From Klebsormidium nitens (lineage: Eukaryota > Plantae > Klebsormidiophyceae): a DNA stretch of 64,000 nt. The DNA lies in contig DF237440.1 in assembly GCA_000708835.1 (NCBI GenBank), positions 6,595 to 70,594 of the forward strand, written 5' to 3'. Each line of letters starts with the position of its first letter. The first letter of the stretch is position 1. Of this stretch, positions 61,301-64,000 are shown piece by piece. A model generated the notes under the pieces. That model was not told the DNA's origin. It made no database searches and saw nothing but the letters and a program-made list of their open reading frames with translations. The position numbers were made by a program, and so were the translations under genes.

Positions 61301-62600
61301 AGCAGCAACTATCTTTTATTTCGACCATGCATGCACTGGCTAGAGAGCCAACGCATTTTGCTCTTAAGGACGTTCAAAAAACCAAACAAGGTTGACAACA
61401 GGGTTATCTTGGACCTATGTCCACCCTCTGGCGAAGCAATGCCAGAGCTGTATCTGCCTTTTCGAACATTGCTTCCATTCTTTGAACATTCAAAGAGATG
61501 TGCATGCACGTTCATGATTCTCCGGCCTCAAAAAAACGTATCTTCTCTCAACAAGATGTCAAACCATATGATTCATCAGAAAGCTGTCTCTTCTGCAGTC
61601 TTTGGCTCAAGGCAGAAAGCAGCTGCCATAAGTAAACTGCACTTTACTGGTAGCAGCTCTGGCCTGCTCTGAAATGCTGCCTACCTTATCTCTTCAACAC
61701 CAGATACTGATTGAAAGTGTCGACTTAACTGCTACAATGAAAATGCTTGACTGACACTGCCAAAGCTTACCTAGGCACGTGGAGAACCTGGCCGGGGTAG
61801 ATAGTGTTAGGCCGGCCTCGCGTGACACCCACATTGGCCGCTTCCAGGGACAGGATGTCCACATTCATCTTCTGAGCAATCTCAGAAAGCGTGTCGCCAG
61901 GCTGCAGATGTGAAGAAGAATGTCAGGTAACCTGACGAAGACACCAATTCAATGGGGTTGCTGATGCTATCATTGGCCCACAGACTAACAAGCCCTCGGG
62001 AGAGAGCAAATTACACATCTTGAGCGGATTCCAAACAACTTGAGGGGTGGACAGAGATGAAAGTCTGATTTAAGCACAAAGCACACCAAGGGTTAAGGCA
62101 ATCAAAGCACAACCTGATTCAGGGTACTGACAAGGACCAGACTGACCAATGCGGGCAGTGAAGATTCAAAATGCAGCAAACTTCATTGATTTTACCCACA
62201 AGTGAGAACTGCCAGTGCAGAATGTGACGCAATTGACTAGGACATGGCACAAAAACTTGCGAAATAGAGACCTTTCCAGAGATCATTCTTGCCTATAAGT
62301 TCCATAAGCAAACAGGTAGTTTAGCAGAGTGTTGTACGCTGCCTGTTTCCAACCTTCCTTCTATTACAGGCTGTTTGAATCAAAACTTGACAGCTAGGGC
62401 TTCGCATTTTAACTGCGAACTTATATCTGTGCTCAAAGTCAGAAATCTCAGTTGAATTCAACACAGGAGGGTCTACTTTTAAACTGCCGTACTGCCTGGT
62501 AATTCCAGCAAGACTGTGGCCCGGACTGCCGGGTAGGCGTTTCAACATAGTCAAAAGACTGGACGTCATTTTCGTGTAAGGTCCAGGAACGTCTAGCAGG
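58386..62600 (-). CDS. LysM-domain protein with 14-aa repeats, Gly-rich linker and single C-proximal TM helix; 5' end uncertain
   Basis: Exon 61771-61901 gives PGDTLSEIAQKMNVDILSLEAANVGVTRGRPNTIYPGQVLHVP (LysM). Exons ~60463-60697 and ~59232-59796 carry VxVPT repeats, then VAGGLLLLAVGAGAYLAYK. The last exon 58386-58516 joins in phase and ends SANGDFSA*. A likely upstream exon lies at ~62490-62595. Confidence 0.8.
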
Positions 62601-64000
62601 AGGTGAAAGAGGCTGAGGTAAAATCAGCAATAAATCTAAGACTAGCCATCATTGGACGAAGCATTGGTTTCCCAGCAGCTGTAAAAACAATGCTCTGCCC
62701 CTAATCATAGGGCGTTCACAAAAGTACATGTTTAGAACCATTTTGAGGACCGGTTAGAGCTGACACAACCCCACTCGAGAGCATAGCTGCTTGTCTACCA
62801 TCTCGGATGAAGTTTGGCAACAGACCTCCTCAATGCGAGGTAGACAATGCCGGTCTTAGAACTCAATGAACAATCTTCAGCTTGTGCTTGTGCTTCCTCA
62901 TTTGCCTAGATAAGGTGTCTTTCTGCCAGTACTTTACAAAAGGCAAGTGGACCAGGGCTTTGATTTTGCAATTTCAGTTGCTTTAATCAAAGCAGCTCAT
63001 CAGAACGAAACAGCAATGCATGCACAAAAATCCCTGTTAATAGCTGAGGACATGGACACGTAAGGTTGCCTTTTAATGAGGCTACATATGCCTGCTCCCA
63101 TTGTTAACATTATTTCGCACGAATGCATGCATTGCAATCCAGAGGGGAAAATGCCACTTCAAGGAATTCTGCTATGCAAAACCACTGGATCGAACCAATT
63201 AGCTGCTACACCCCTCAGAAAGTCCTCCATTAAAGATTGTCTGATGATGATTGAGGCACCCCAACAATTGCTCTGCCAGCTCTTTGCTGACCGAAATAAT
63301 ATACATACTTGCTGATTGTTTCTTGAGAGTGGGGGCCTGGAAGAATAGGAGCAACCTGGAATGCAGAAAATGTTGAAAAGTCAAAGACCGTTCTTGCACA
63401 TTCTTGCGTCAAATGCAGTGGATGTCTAACAAAGTTTTCTTCCACGTACCTTAACCGTGTATGTCGAGTCCCCTGCCCCATCATTCCTCTTGTTTCCTCC
63501 AAAGAGACCCATTGTGCCCGGACTGGTGTTCTAATAGGTGTCAAGCAGAAATATTGTCGAACCCGATTTGCTGCACGAGCAAGTACCCTTCGCTTGAAGG
63601 AACAAGTTTCTACTTTGCAGCCCAAAAAGCTCCTCCTTCCAGCACTTTACTGTTTACACAGGAGTTTTTGTCACAGAAGTTTTGGTCAAGCAGAACTTCA
63701 GAAGTGCTCTTTCGGATTCTCAACAGAAGAGCCGTTGGTTCGCTTCTTTGTGCAGTCTTTCCGAGTTTCTTTCAGGCACCGCAGGCTGACGTGGCAAAAG
63801 CGAGGTGGCACTTGAATGCGGTGGCAGTTACACATTGGTTGGAGGTGGATTCGACCCGAGGGGGATTCACCAATTGACAGCTGGCATCCCAAGATCTGCA
63901 GTACTGATTCTGCTAAATTGCCCTGCTGGCGCATCCAATCATATCCCGTACCAATATCGAGTCGAGCTCGCAGAAGTACAGTATACGGTATTAGGTTGCG

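Overview
Eukaryotic, intron-dense genomic DNA with GT-AG introns of a few hundred bp and frequent CTGAC branch-like motifs. The gene content (plant-type acetyl-CoA synthetase, EAR-motif protein) points to a green-lineage genome, plausibly a charophyte alga such as Klebsormidium (inference). There are two assembly gaps (32135-33114, 42544-43448). Three genes look intact. (1) A ~26-exon NRPS-like adenylation-thiolation-reductase (carboxylic acid reductase-like) gene on +, from before base 1 to 14544. (2) An acetyl-CoA synthetase on - (41756-52858) with an N-terminal PTS2-like nonapeptide. (3) A LysM + 14-aa-repeat + single-TM protein on - (58386 to at least ~62600). The 15-40 kb interval is a pseudogene-rich zone. 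It holds an orphan GH1 beta-glucosidase exon, a frameshifted EAR-motif gene, a copia integrase scrap, foldback and short interspersed repeats, and two tandem UDP-glycosyltransferases with animal-like architecture (C-terminal TM in both, signal peptide clear only in copy 2). Both UGT copies are disabled, at different positions. A dense GTAC cluster precedes the second UGT. Several introns contain degenerate tandem copies of the neighbouring exon boundary. Exon coordinates were read by hand and some boundaries are approximate.
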